A DNA stretch of 64,000 nucleotides from Obrimoposthia wandeli (taxonomy: Eukaryota), in contig CDROCS010003383.1 in assembly GCA_977020255.1 (NCBI GenBank), positions 310,001 through 374,000 of the forward strand, written 5' to 3'. The notes beneath the pieces were generated by a model. The model worked only from the letters and a program-made list of their open reading frames with translations, was not told the origin of the DNA and made no database searches. Positions 1 to 14,200 of this stretch are shown piece after piece (position 1 is the stretch's first letter; every line of letters starts with the position of its first letter). A program made the translations under genes and the position numbers.

Positions 1-520
1 AATTAGATTGTATGAATTTACTAAAAGTTTATTTCATCTTGATAAGATACAGAATGTTTATTTATATACCTTTTATTTATAAATCTAAAATACAACATTA
101 TTTAACTGTTGATATATTAAGCGGATGGATTTATTAAGATAAGTTCACTGTATGTTTCTCATTAAGGCCTATTGTCATAATTATAGGATTGCAATATATA
201 ATGATAGTGACTGACGCAAAAAAAATTTCGTACGTATTAGGGGTGAATATTTTTTGCAAGACTTTCTCGCCAGCTTCGGCTAATCAAACATTTTCTGTGT
301 AAGTTTTATATCCACATACAAAATTGGTATCGTTTTTCCTCTTCCCTTACTTTTACGACTTATTGTGGTCGGATAATAAGTGATCAGTCTGAATGTACCA
401 GACCCCCGTTCACATTTCAGATTACCTAGACATCTTCAAATTTATGAAAAAACTCAAAAACAAAAATTATTATAACTCTTGATTTATGAATACAAAAAAC
501 ATAACTGTTATAAAGTTTTA

Positions 521-888
521 ATAAACTTCACATTTAAAATAGAATGTAAATTAAATTTTCATTATAAACAAGTTAAATGCACAATTTCCTTTTAATAAGG
601 GTGACTCTTGGCTGAAGTTGGGCTGTTACCCGCAAGGGTGTACTTTGCCTGCTGCAGTTGGGATGAGCTCATTAAAATAAAAATGGTGTTGAAATATTAT
701 AATCTGTATAAACTTCACAATTAAAATAGAACGTAAATTAAATTTTCATTATAAACATTTTAAATGCACAATTTCCTTTTAATAAGGGTGACTCTTGGCT
801 GAAGTTGGGCTGTTACCCGCAAGGGTGTACTTTGCCTGCTGCAGTTGGGATGAGCTCATTAAAATAAAAATGGTGTTGAAATATTATA
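521..888. repeat. Tandem duplication, 2 x 187 bp
   Basis: ATAAACTTCAC starts at 521 and 708; AATAAGGGTG at 594 and 781 (offset 187). The copies are nearly identical and include a GC-rich core (GGGTGACTCTTGGCTGAAG...GGATGAGCTC). Confidence 0.95.
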
Positions 889-1830
889 TTATATTATACT
901 AAATAACTTTCAGTTTAAAAAAATCTTCATTTATGTATTAGTCTTCATATCAATCTTACACTACAATGAATAAGTTACATATACTCAGTTATGTTTTATA
1001 TTGTAGACATAAATCAAGAGGCAGATTCGATAAACACAGTATTTATTCATGTTTACGGAGTTTTCATGAATAGATATTCTCGGTAGGATATTTCATGTTT
1101 CTGATGACATAACTCTGCCCTTCACTATTCGTAATTAAACTTCTTCGGCCATACGATTCACCTGGGGACGATTTCTATTGAAACTGAATTAATACCTATT
1201 GACTTAAAAATTATATTGCTTTAAAAGGACCTTCATACTAATCACTATTATTGCTTCTTTTAATTAAGTTCTGGTGAATCTTATGTGTAATCAATATTTT
1301 GCAATTTCTAATTTTACGACGCTCGTCATTTTACATGTTAACTGCATTAGATTTTGTTAAATATTTATAATATTCCTTTTTGTTTCAAAAAACGTGAAGC
1401 AACCCGGTGCAAGTAAACTAAATGGGTTATAGCTAACTGCCCTTTATATTATGATTAATGATTTGCATTTGTAAATCAGGTGCAATTTTTTACAAAGGGC
1501 AGCTTAAAATATGTGTACGTTAACGGATATATTTATAGGCATGAGCGTACTAAGGAGACGTATGCATATTTCAAATGCCGAAAGGTGCATTGTAATGGCA
1601 TTTGAAGATCATTTGAAAGTAAAATATGCTAGTGGACTCAAGGGCTTATAAAATATTTATGGAGTCGATGGATGGAAGAGGTAGTTCCTCAATGGGTTGT
1701 GCTACAGACGTGGTGTGAGGACAAGGATCCCTTGAAAATGAATTATGTTGTTTTAAATTTAGAGCTAAAGAGAAATTTGGTTATCAGGAAGGGCAATCGA
1801 ATAAATGCCAGGTAGTGATGATAAGATTAG

Positions 1831-2173
1831 TGTTACGAGAATAAAAAGTCAAGATAAAGAGATAGTTCGGTAATTTCGTAAGTTTTGTAAGCTGTGTGCG
1901 GTTTTCCTGATTTTACTATCAATATAACTACTTTATCACTGTTTAGCAAACTTTGTTTAACTTCTGTCTTTTTCATAAAACCTGATATTGTTTTGCACTT
2001 TTCAAATTGATCTTAAAAGTGATAACTTTACTCAGTTCAATTTAGAAATTGATAATTTCCATTCAGTTCAATTTAAATAAGGATAACTTCACTCAATTCA
2101 ATTGAAATATTGTTATAGAATTCACGTTGGGGGCCTCCATACGAGGATCTAGTTTCAAATAGAAACCTCAACA
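1831..2173. mobile_element. Solo LTR (343 bp), Gypsy-like
   Basis: Termini TGTTA...CAACA, flanked by 4-bp TSD TTAG (1827-1830 and 2174-2177). Contains three ~30-bp internal repeats (GATAACTT...CAGTTCAATT, about 2021-2110). Its last ~65 bp match the end of the LTR at 49100. Confidence 0.8.
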
Positions 2174-2752
2174 TTAGCACAAAATACGTTCAACATGCTA
2201 CCCAAATATATTCAAGGGATGTTAAATATACTACGTTTGATTTGACAAGATAATTGAAGTTTCTGAACAAACGTTAGCTACTAGACACTGGAAACTTAAA
2301 TAGACGGTTTTATAAATACACAAAAAATTCATTTTAATGTTAGCTTAATTGCTTAGAGTTTAATAATAAAAAAAAATTAAATATTATTCAATGTTTATTT
2401 TATAATATTTGTTTTATTTTGTTTTAAATTTAAAATAATGTTGTATAATATGTTTTATTTACAAAAAAGAATAATGTCCTTAAATTGTTTTAAGTAAAAA
2501 ATTTAAATTAAACCAATAAAAACATTTTAAATTATTTAATTTTAATTAAATTTATAACATACTTCGTCTACTTTCATTTAAAAGAAGACGAAAAATATTA
2601 AATTAAAATGTAATTTTTGTGTGTTTTAAAATAAGAGTAACTAAATTAGTGTAGTAGATATAATTATTTAAAGTTACAGTAGAAACTTTCTCAGTAGAAA
2701 TTTAGACATAGATCCTATATATGCAATTATTAGTCTGATAACGAGACTGCGA

Positions 2753-2815
2753 GTCGCGATAGTTCAGTGGTAGAATATACGACTTGCCAGAATGAGAACC
2801 GATTTTATTCTGAAC
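2753..2815 (+). pseudogene. Degenerate tRNA-like sequence (tRNA-Gly-like 5' half; possible SINE head)
   Basis: GCGATAGTTCAGTGGTAGAATATACGACTTGCCA resembles the tRNA-Gly D-arm/anticodon region with a Pol III A-box (TAGTTCAGTGG). The B-box and T-arm are degraded and there is no acceptor stem. Confidence 0.4.
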
Positions 2816-4392
2816 CTAACATATTTAAAAAACACACAATGAATCATAACAATCGAATGAATTTATTGCTTTAAATGTATAAAAGAAATTTACCGAAAAA
2901 ATTTACTTGACAATTTTATTCAAAAGCACAATTTCTTTATATGTTTCGATTTTATGATATTGTATTTCGTTTTGTTGGCATAGAAAGAAAGAAATAATGT
3001 GACGGAACCCTTAGTTTGTAATTATGAAAAATAATAAATTAGAAAAGATAAACATTTAAATGGGAATTAAAAAATGAAAAAAACTTCTTTTAAAATTCTT
3101 GCATTCCATTGAATTTTGTTATCTACCAATTATGATGTTCGAATATTAATTAAAACGGTTTTAAAGAATTTTTTGGTATGTAAATAATATGTACGTATAT
3201 TTAGATTAAGATTTATTATTAAGATTCTATCACTTGCGTTAATAATTAATTTATAACATCCTGTTGACATACGTTTTTAAAACTGCAAAATTTGCTTCAA
3301 AACAAAGACTGTCCTTAATTATTTTTCTGAAATAAATAAATGCAGGTCCCTTCTATGAATATAGGTTACCAAATTATTTACCCTGTCCAAAACTATATAG
3401 ATTTGATAAAAAGTCTAAAACTTCTCATTTTAGAAGAAAGTTTCGAAAAGCTAAATCTATAAAATATTTTACCATTGGTTATTAAAATACAGCAATACAA
3501 TAATTTATTTTATTAAAAATCTACATTGTCGATCGTGCACGGTACCGCGTTCTCATCGTTTCAGATGTAAAAAATGATATCGTGCGAATTGTTTAGAAAA
3601 TTTAGATATGAGTTTGAGTGATAAATTTCTGGATAGTGATGAATGTTTGAATAACCGCAAAATAATAAATAAAAAACTTTGAGATGGAGTAACAAATTAA
3701 GGAGACAGAGAGCAAAGATAGGTGAATGGCGCTTGGGGTTGGTGTCGAAAGATGAGGCTAATAGAGGAGCACAGTTAAATGAGAGTTCGATGTTGTTGAA
3801 GAGGGAGATGACAAAAGTAGAGTTAACAGCAAAGAGCCTTAAGAGGTAACGAATGAAGATCCTGGGAAAATTCGAAATTTTAAAACAGAAGTGGGATATT
3901 AATTAGAAAGAAAGCAATTGTAGAAAACCTAGTATGATAATATAGGTGGGTCTATTTGAAAGGGGAAAGCAGATTAAAAATAGAAGTACCATCAAGAACA
4001 ACAATGGATGAATTAAAGGAAACCGAAATGGAAAGAATTAAAGAGAGCCTCAGCCTATTGGTTAATTACTAAAGTGAACGAAAAAGATTAGGGAGTATAT
4101 AAAAAATTTTGTTTTAGAAGGTTTAAGTGTGAGAATTATTTTGAGATGTGCTGATGGGAAAAGTAATAATATATATTTGAAACTGTATCTGTCCATTTAA
4201 AATTTTGAATTTGGATACGTGTGCATTACGGTTAAGAATCACTGTAATAGACTTATTGCTGAAACCCGAAGAAAATTGAAACTGAATATTAACTATAGAA
4301 TGCACATTAGTTATTGTTGATTTTTGTATTAAGAAGCAGTGATAGTGAGTGATCTCACTGACTTGCAGGAGCCGAGCTGGCAGTGCGCAAGA

Positions 4393-4770
4393 ATGGTCTC
4401 CACGCCACACGACCACGATCCCCGCCAGCAGATGGTAACTGCCAGCAACTTAAGCAGAAACGGCAGCACCAGCTCAGGTCACCTGCAGATCCCGTGGTCC
4501 TCTACCGAGAAGGCCATACTTGCATTCGCGTACTCAGGCCTCATCCTGTTGGCTTCGCTTGGCAACTCACTGGTGTTGCTCGTCTTCATTGCCGGACCCT
4601 TGCGCCGGCCTCGATCCTCCCGGCAATCGGATATCCGACACTTCCTCACCAATCTCGCCATCTCCGACCTTCTCATCAGCATCTTCTGCCTCCCATTCAC
4701 CTTCACCTACGTTCTGCTCTGGAACTGGCCGTTCCCGGATCTCTTCTGCCCACTTGTCCTGTTCATACAG
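4393..4770 (+). CDS. Class A neuropeptide GPCR, coding exon 1 (N-terminus, TM1, TM2, ECL1, start of TM3)
   Basis: ATG at 4393 (AAGAATGG). TM1 LLASLGNSLV, TM2 FLTNLAISDLL, ECL1 WNWPFPDLFC. Phase-0 donor CAG|gtctgc at 4771. An acceptor at 4367-68 suggests an upstream exon (UTR or coding). Confidence 0.9.
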
Positions 4771-7706
4771 GTCTGCTGTAGACAAACTTTACAGAAAACG
4801 TTAAAATATTATGCAAGGTCTGTCAGAGGAATCATTGTCAACTAATATTTAAATTCATTCGACAGTGATAAAAAAGAAGATTACAATGAAGAAATAAACC
4901 AATAGGTATCCAGTTCGCATGAAGGAAGAATAAGCGTTGTATGTTATCTATTCAATTCGAATGACAGATTAGTTTAGTTAGCTGAGCATAGAAGATGTGC
5001 CTCAAGTCCCTACCACTGTCAAAAAGATGTACATCAAGTAAAAGGTTCTTCAGATATATTGAAGATCCAAATAGTTCAATGCATCGTTTAAACTCATGAT
5101 TTTGTGCGTTCTTCTTTGTTTTCCGATTGTTTGAATTGTTTCGGAAATTTTGGGCACTTAGTTTCTTTAGTTTGTAAATGTATGAACCGTATCTTCCGTA
5201 TCTTACATGAAATCTTATGGTACTAAGCGATGTAGAAAAATTCTGCTTAACAAAGTCAGTTACTTACAAATCATCATTCAGAAATTCTTAGTTTGGTTAT
5301 TGGTAGATATTAAGATCAGCGAAAATTCAGTAAAATAATGCCCGCCACGACGACCAACTTTATCCAGGACCTAACATTTGGTGCTTCCATGATTCAGAAT
5401 TTGGAGACACGTTAAATTTAAAGAGAATGATATACTAAGAAAATTATTTTTCAAAATTCAGCTACTCACAAATTATAAACAAATAATACCATTTGAAATT
5501 AGTACTTGTGTTATCCAGAGAGATTACGAAGAGTACACATATATAATGCATGTCTTGGAAGTAGTGAGACTCGTGATTCAATTTTTGTCGCGGTTCCTAT
5601 TTTATTTTAACCCGACTCGTTTAATAAATCATAGACATAATCAAATACAGGGCAAAGTTGTAGTTTTAAATGAATCTGATTTCGGATAACAATTTTAATT
5701 AATTGAAGATTGCGCATTATGACACAACTTTTAAAGCAGTTATATTATACCTGGGCATTTTGAGGGAACTGTAATTATTCAAGAATACTCTGAAGAACAA
5801 TGCCAAATTTTAAAATTTTTATTTAGCATGAGAATTTTTGGATATAATCCAAAATTGTAATTCAAGTTCATTTTCAATGTTTTTTTGCAAAAAAAATTTT
5901 GTGTCAACAATCTTTGATTTAAATAAATAATTTTTCTTCATATAACATTATTTAAGCAGATTTTCAAATTTTTGAAAAGTTAAACTTAAGTTTTATATAA
6001 AACTTATAAATCAAAATAATAAATTATACATAATAAATATTTAAAAACTTAAATATTTTTTTATTTTACTAACCAAAACATGTTGATCGGTCAAATTTTT
6101 AGGCATGTATGATTTCTATTGTGATTATTTGGCATTAAGTCTCATGTTATTTTCAATTCTGTTTTCATAAAAAAGCTTCATATGCTTTGTTAGGTAAATA
6201 ATTATAATTTTAATCTCACAATAAACTAATTAATTGAATGTTTGTACCTGTATGATTGCATAACTAATTGTCTCCATAATATTGCACAACTACCTGCATT
6301 TACCCACAGTGCGCTTTACTTAAAAAAGCCCACAGAACGAGAACGACAGATAACATGCCTTACATTTAGTATGTGTTTTGCTTGTTGATTATCTCCAATA
6401 AAATATTTTGACATTTCGATGATTACAGGAAAATATACATTCTTTAGGTTTGAACAAGTTTTCATTTTAATTTTTCTATGACATTGGACAATTGGCTCTG
6501 GATCTTGATTTACTATATTTTGTTCAAAAGAAACTAAAAAATCTGATATTAAACTATTCGCATGATGTCATTACATTATCTGGTCACAAACAAACAAAGG
6601 AAAGAATTGAATATTTTTTCTATGGACCTTATGAGAAAAGCAAACCAAGGAATGGTGTCAAAGCTGTTCAAACTGTTCAAACTGTCAAAAATCTAAATTA
6701 ATATTTACGAAAGGGAGGGCATCATCTTTCATAACTACTACAATTAATTAGCCATTTTTAGAGTCAGGATAGGTTTATTCGTTCTATAAATTTATCTTTT
6801 AGATTTTTTTTTTATATTAGACATAGTTCAATCTACAAGATACCCAGAAGCAATATCAATTCAAAGGATAAAAGGTGAAACTGATGCCAAAGAACCCTCA
6901 AAATGTTTTGAGTAGAAATTCTTCACGAAATACTTTCTGATAAAGGAACGAATGTTATTCCAGTGCACATTTCATATAAGTGCCTCTTATAAGAACTTAA
7001 ACTTTTATTTAAATTTCAATAGCTTTGAAATTAATTGGTTCAAATTCAATATTTTGTTAAATCGCTGCCGAAAAGGCAATTCATTTGCGTGTAAAAAACA
7101 AATTCACCAAAGAACGAGTTGCTCAGAAATAATTCGATACGCTTAATAACTCAACTAATCTTTCCAGAGTTCACACGTTCCATCAAACAGCAAAGCTTGA
7201 AGAGACCCTTTTGCTATTGGAATTCATCAAAATTGAATTTATATCTTCTTCTTCTATACAACAAGCACAACTATAGTCAGGTACAACATGATTACATTAA
7301 TATCGTTAGGTTCTCTTACTCTTACACAATGGTCTTCTCTTTCCAAGCGCCACAGTGTTTTAGTTTAGTCCTTTCTTCGATCAAATCAAATGTGCAAAAT
7401 ATCTTTGATTTGATTGCCTTTTCTAACCATCTTTGCAGCTTTCTCTTTCCAATTTTTTATCTAGATATGTTTGTTTCATTTAGTTTACCCATATCTTCTA
7501 AAGCTGCAGAAGCTCTGAAATTTTTACAATATCTATCAGCAGTTATGTTGCTGTATCATTTGTGCTTGATTATTATATCTTTAATTTGTTAAAAAATAAA
7601 ATCGTTCATGAGAGTATCTGTTTTGTTTATTTTCTCGTAACTCAAAATTTGGAACAAAGAGACCGTCAATGTCACTGTTGTCATTTGAGTCTTCTGACAT
7701 TTCAAA

Positions 7707-8033
7707 AGTATAATTAAATCATTAAACTTTACGTTTTTACTTTTAAGATTTTCATTGATCTTTTACCAGCAGAAATTGTTGCTCTGTTAATTGGTCCAAG
7801 GGGATTTTTTCCCCAACAAATGCATCCCATTAATTTATTTATATTCTTACTTCACATCGGCTATATTTTCGAGAAACATTTTTTCTCATGATATCTACAG
7901 GAGCAAAGGTATAATTAAATCATTAAACTTTACGTTTTTACGACTATCTTTTACCAGGAGAAATTGTCTTCCAAGGATTTTTTCCCCAACAAATGCATCC
8001 CATTAATTTATTTATATTCTTACTTCACATCGG
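7707..8033. repeat. Imperfect tandem duplication (~170-200 bp)
   Basis: GTATAATTAAATCATTAAACTTTACGTTTTTAC and TTTTTTCCCCAACAAATGCATCCCATTAATTTATTTATATTCTTACTTCACATCGG each occur twice; the second copy has deletions. Confidence 0.85.
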
Positions 8034-8789
8034 TATAAAAGATATCTAGCATTCGACTATCTTCATGAAACTTCTCAATTATTTTTAGAGGAACTTCATT
8101 TAATTTTATTGCTGAGACATGCGATCTTTCAAATTTGCTTGAAATTTTTTCAAATCAAATATGAGGGAAAATAACTAGTTTCAAATATCTTCACATATTT
8201 TGCAACTATTCTATAGATTCTTTAAGAGGTTTTTGTCGCTTTTGATAAAATTACATCTGTATTTATAACAAACAGATAATGTCGAATAGCATCCGATAGG
8301 TATCATAGAAGCAGAAAACGATGTTGGTTGAAAGATTTGCTTTTTGTAGACATTTTAAAATTATAAATTCTAAAATTGAAAAAACGTAATATTGATTATA
8401 AATAATCTTTAATTAAACAGAAACGTTTATATGCTGGAAATTTGAAGATTAAACATATACATTTTTTTGTACTTTTATTAAGAAAACAGTACAGAATTGT
8501 GCGCATATGGCTGAATAAGAAAAAATATTGTTATGTTTTACATACAGACCATAAAAAGTTTCAAAATACTATGATTTGTCAATATGACATTTTATTTGGT
8601 TGAGGTATCCAAAGATGACTATTTCTAATGTACTGAGAACTAACAGGCTTAAATGAAGAAGAAGAAATATGTGTATTTGAATTTATGTCAGATCTCAAAT
8701 ACAAATTACAAGTATAAACTTGAAGAACAAATAAAGGAAGTTATGAAAGAAAACGTAAAAGGTGGTACGTAAAGAAAACACCCAACTGG

Positions 8790-9480
8790 ACATTTGCTGT
8801 TGGCGATGATGTCTTAGTACTATCACCAACAGTTCAAATAAAATACTCGCTGGTTGGAAACGACCGTAGTCGATAGTAGAAAACCTGAATGACGTAAAGT
8901 TGATACAGGTAGATTATGAAAGATATACAGAATGTTTCATACTAATCTACTGGGATCTTGGTATTCGAGAAAGATATATTTGAGGAATCGAATTGTACCA
9001 AAATAAGATAGTACTAACCGTTAAGTTCAAATTATCGCTTTATAAACTCTGTAAATTCATCAGAGAGTTATCCAACACAAGAAAGGGATACAATTATTGA
9101 CTTGGTAAGTTAATCAAAGTGTACAACAACTCTAGATCTGACTAAAGGATGCTATCAAATTCCTATTAAAGCTATAGATTTTCATATAAGATTAACTTAT
9201 GTCAGTATAAATGGATGTAATTCGGATATAAAAATGCACCTTCGATATACCAAAGATGGACAATGTGTTTAAAAATGACTTAAACCCTTCAACATTCTTA
9301 GACGATTTCACAATAAATAATGAACATGCTAATAAGCATGTATAAATACTTACATTCGATTTCAAAAAAATTATTTAAATCCACCTTGAATCCAAAGAGA
9401 TGTAAGATATACATGTATCAAACCGCGTTCCTGGGTAAACTATTGTAAAATGTCCAAATGTTCTTTTATGGCAAAGAAGT
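8790..9480 (+). mobile_element. Degraded Ty3/Gypsy pol fragment
   Basis: Broken frames give FAVGDDVLVLSPT, TTLDLTKGCYQIPI (RT DLxxGYxQI-type motif, 9126-9167) and FLDDFTI (YxDD-equivalent, ~9295). Confidence 0.6.
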
Positions 9481-12400
9481 GGCAATCATCAAACTTCCTG
9501 TTCCGAAATCAAACAAATCAGGTAGTTTCTAGGAATGGTTAATTATAAGATAGACCAAATAAACATCGGGTATTAACAGCGCCCTCACTAACTGAACTCA
9601 CTAAACAAGGAAATAGTGACAAACTTGCCATCCTATTACATATATACTATATAATATATAGTCTACAATCAAGTTGTATGCAGTAATAAATAAATTTGAC
9701 AAATTCCATTTTTACGTATGTGGCAGAGAATTTGCGATTCGGACTGCTCCTAAATGTTAAACTTGCTGAAATCTACGAAATTTAAAAGAAAAAAACTTTC
9801 GAGGTGGTGCACTGCTACAGGTTTATAATTTCGAAATTCAGCACTAGATAGGTGCCAGAAATGTGAATAGTGATTTCCCAAGTCGCTTATGAAAATTTCT
9901 AGAAAAAGAATCGAATGTAACATTCTTGAAAGAAAATAATTACTTTCTTTAAATGTATGTTTTAATATTAAGCTCTTTATTTATGTATTTTTTCTTATGT
10001 TTTCGAATTTAGCTAGTTTTATATTTATTCATAACAAATACCATATACCAAACATGTAGGAATAAATTTACAAATTTAAAATTTCAATAAATATAGTCAA
10101 ATTAAAATATGTTTAACATTTGAAGACCATCACATGGAACAAAACCAGGCGCGGATCCAGAATATATCCCTGGTGGGAACGGAATTCAGAATTACATTGA
10201 ACAAAAAGTCCCAACTGGTCATCCGCTATGATCATTTTCATTGCATATGTCTATTTTATTCAAAATTATCTTATTTACAAAAATATTGAAAAATTCAAGC
10301 GCAAATTTTGAATGTTATTTGTTTGTTACCCATTACATGAGCATGAACGATATTATCGAAAAGGTACAAAAGTATATTAAACATTTTTTAATAGACCATA
10401 ACACTTCACAAATATTTAGAAATCAACTCAAACGCAATTTCTGTTCTGAATCGCAAATTTGTAAATTACAGTCTCACTCTTTTTATCACGTTGACATTAA
10501 AAATCTTTAACTGAAAAAGTTCTTCTTCAGTTTTACATTTCTGATGTAACACAGTAAATATCTGAATTAAGTAATTTGTATTATTTTAAATACCTAATTT
10601 ACAATAACAAACTTCATGTCTTCAAATAGAAATGTTATATAGGATTAATTATTTGAGAAATATCTGAGAATCGCGATAAATAGACAAAGACCGTATTGAG
10701 AATATTTATTAAGACTGATCTGGGAGTGAGAGCACTACATATTGAAGTAAGAAATCAATATCAAATGAGGATAATGTTTAGAGGAAACATATGACGCTGT
10801 AGACGGTGGCTCACACAAGGTAACGCAAATGTTTCAAGCTGAAAATTAAAAAAACAAAACACATTCAGATATTACCTATCATTCTCGACTGCGCGTGTTC
10901 ACTACGTACATTGAAAAATTTCACCAATACATTACATACAGTGTTTTATAAGATGTCGTGCATAGAACATGTGTTGCGTATGGTGATGAGTACCCGTATT
11001 CTCAATATCAACATCGATCTACTACCCATGGCTTCCGGTTTGGAGTCAGCAGTCGCTTGATTTATATCTGTCATACTTAATGAAAGAAGAAAAACCCTTA
11101 TAATAAATAAATTTGTTGCATTTATTAATAAAAAAATATTTATTAAGTTCTTAAAACTTATAAATAGGAAGATATTATTTATGAAATAATATAAATTAAA
11201 TTCTAGAAACTGAAGATTACAAAATCAAATAAATATTTTTAACTTCAAAATCTCGATTAATGTGATCAGCACATCATTTCAGTGTCTATTGGTAATTTGA
11301 TCCAAGGAGCACTGTCCATTTTCTCTCCCAAAGGACTTTCAGGAGACTTTGCAGAAACCTGCTCGCGGCGATAACTTTTTCTATATCAGCACAACATGTT
11401 TTTCTTTCAGCCAATTTTAAATTCAATAGTTAAAGCTTGAAGTATGACAAATATAGAAACTTCTGAGAGCATAATTTTCTTCAGAATTTATTTAATTGGT
11501 TTTAGTTTAGAAATAAACTTTAGAATGGGATCTAAATATACCTTCAAAAATTTGCCACTGCACAATTAAAACAGATTTTGCAAAGGGAAATGTATCAATA
11601 TATCAAGACACAAAAGAAAACATAATTAAGTTGATAAAAATTAGTGTTCCAATTATTTTATTATTAACTTTTTATCACTAACTTAAAAAGCAAGCAGACG
11701 CAGCCATTCACTGTGAAGTCTCTCCGAACCTTGAGCATTATACTGAGCATCATAAGCACGTCTAATTATAAATGGCAGTTAATCGTTAGTTCGAACCCAT
11801 ATCTAGAGTGTCCTGGGATTTCGGGGTGTCAACGACTAATTCCTGCAATAAATCGCAGCAATTCCCATATTAATCCACTTTTCTAAAGAAAGTACTACTA
11901 ATATAAAGTTATTAATTCAACTCTCATTTGTGCTTGAATAAAAATTAACAAACAAAATTTCAGAATTTTGGATCTCCACATATTATCTTCAACGTTTTGA
12001 GCGACCTCTGTATTGTGAAAGAATCTGGCGGATTATCGAATCAAATCTCGAGTAAGAATGTTTAGACAAGCTGCCGATATGTCTGGTAGCAAATTGCCGG
12101 AAGATGGAGAGTTAGATAAATTTAAATTTGCTTCAGATGGTTTGGTTGATCTTGAAGAAAAAATTAATAGTTAATTGGGTCTTCCTGTTGAGATGATTTG
12201 GATGAATTTTTTTCAATTTAATCCAATATTTGAGGTTCTACTATGGTAAATATTGTAGCTTTATAATTATAAAAAAATAGATAATTTAACCCGCAGTTCC
12301 CCAAGTTGCCTAGGAAAAACATGGCAATTATATATTTTGTGAGTTGATATATATATGATAGAAACATATTTGACATTGTGATGTTCTTATGTAATGTTTA

Positions 12401-13879
12401 CAACCTAAATAAAGAAAACATAAAAATTTAATTAGCTTTGAGCTTTTTTCATAGTTTTAAAAAAACAGTTTCAAAAAATAATTGTTAAAAGTGAATTAAT
12501 TCTTTTAATATGTTTTCATTGAACTGTTTACAGTTTGAGTATTTATTGAATATGGGGTTGTTTATTTTCAATAAGTTATTATTTAGTAAATACCACATAT
12601 TTTTAGAACTTTATTAGGAAATATATAATAATGTAAATGTAGATTTAGAATTTTTTAGAATTTCTATAACTGTTTTTATTTAAAATACTTTAATTTAATA
12701 TATTATTATTGTTTTGAGAGTGGCCATCGTGTTATCCTGATCTGGCTTCAACAAGACTAAGATTTATTGGGAGCTCTCGAAGGGGTAAGTATATGAACAA
12801 CGACCACCAACAATTATACCTTTGAAGGAAGAAATTCGCCGTCCAATACAGCTTACAGTTTCAATAATCATCTGGTAAATGCCGAGAAAAGCTTAAACGG
12901 TTTTGAATATATCGTAAATTCCTGTAGTTACAAAGTAAAGATATACTGTTATACTTTTACTTATAAATAAAGTCGTAAAGACTTTATAACCGACCTGTAT
13001 TAATTGTGATGATCGAAATTAATTTCCATTCTTTACAAAATTCTTTAAAATTTGTACTGAATTTCATACTGTGAATTAATCATACAATTGACAAAAATAT
13101 ATTTCCCATTTAAATTTATACTTTTAACATAATTTACAACAATTAATAGACAAATAAACAAAGATCATATTTGACTAACTGAAAGACAAGATGGTAAGGA
13201 TAGGAAAATCTTTGACGGACTGAAAACTTTCGATGGAAATGTAAAACAACAGAACAGTAATGATATCCTGAGTCCGGTATTATGGAAATCGTGACACTGA
13301 TATTCAAGATATCCTTAGCAAATTATTTGAATCAATGTCTCGTAGAAATCAAGCAGAAAATGAAAACATAAACTTTTCACTAACATTATATATGTAAAAT
13401 GTAAATATGTATCTTTAAAGTGTTTCTTTCATAATATTTTTTTTTCAAATTCAAGTGAGTCTTAGATGAATAAATGAATGTGTTAAAAATAGAAAATTGA
13501 AAACTGTCTCTCTTATTCTTGCCTGTAATACAAATACTTTTTCACTCATGTTTTCTCTGATGTTTGTCAGGATGGTCAAAGACATATTACTTTTGTGTGA
13601 ATTATTTCTACATATTTCATATTTGTTTTACCATTCTTGCGGACAACACTTTGAAAAATGCAGCTCTAAAGAATCCGATTGAAAAATAAACCAAGAAACC
13701 TGCCCTGGAATTCTGATTATAGTGCGGGCATAATATGAAAAATAAGATACTCTGAACTCTATTTTAAATAGGTGAAATGCATTTTACACGGAAGAGTCCA
13801 AAAGCATCGTCTAAATCGCATACTTTGAACTGTTCAATACTTCTAAAAATGCAGTTGGTATTTCACAAAATCGCTTTCA

Positions 13880-14200
13880 TATACATCATCATTCCAGTCT
13901 TTATCGCCAAGGTTGGTTGGGCTATCGACGATTTTAGCCTTTTGAAAACCATTAATAAAGCCAAATTACACGCATCAACCATCCATTCACGGACTGTTAA
14001 TAATGTTGCTTTTCATAAATTTGCTTCTTTAATAAACAAATGAAAGTCATTGATTATTCCTTTTCCTCACTTGTTTCGAATGTTGACCTTGGTACGTTTG
14101 TTGACTGATATGTCTAATGACGGTAATATCTTGGCAAGGTCTTCAGGTATGACTGCACTATATGAATGTAATTTTGCACTCTTGTTTTCTTCTTCATTCA
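13880..14200 (-). mobile_element. pogo/Tigger-type transposase remnant (DDE_1 C-terminal part)
   Basis: Minus strand translates AVIPEDLAKILPSLDISVNK (family pattern VIPGGLT..LQPLDVSVNK), then VREWMVDAC and an acidic tail; contains stops. Confidence 0.6.

Noticed and set aside
4123-4804. Overlapping ORFs 4123-4416(-), 4383-4781(+), 4479-4706(-), 4520-4804(+), 4567-4785(-)
   Set aside because: Shadow frames of the GC-rich GPCR exon 1; only the 4339 frame has 7TM motifs and splice-phase continuity.
7119-7592. 157-aa ORF
   Set aside because: No recognisable motif; composition suggests the antisense of a decayed retroelement in intron 1.
10145-10232. CAGGCGCGGATCCAG as a MITE terminus
   Set aside because: Only a weak partner TIR and no TSD.
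12719-12784. Possible cryptic GPCR exon ending in a strong donor GGG|gtaagt
   Set aside because: The in-phase reading has a stop. Another frame reads WPSCYPDL, resembling the Tc1 WP..SPDL motif, so it is more likely a transposon scrap.
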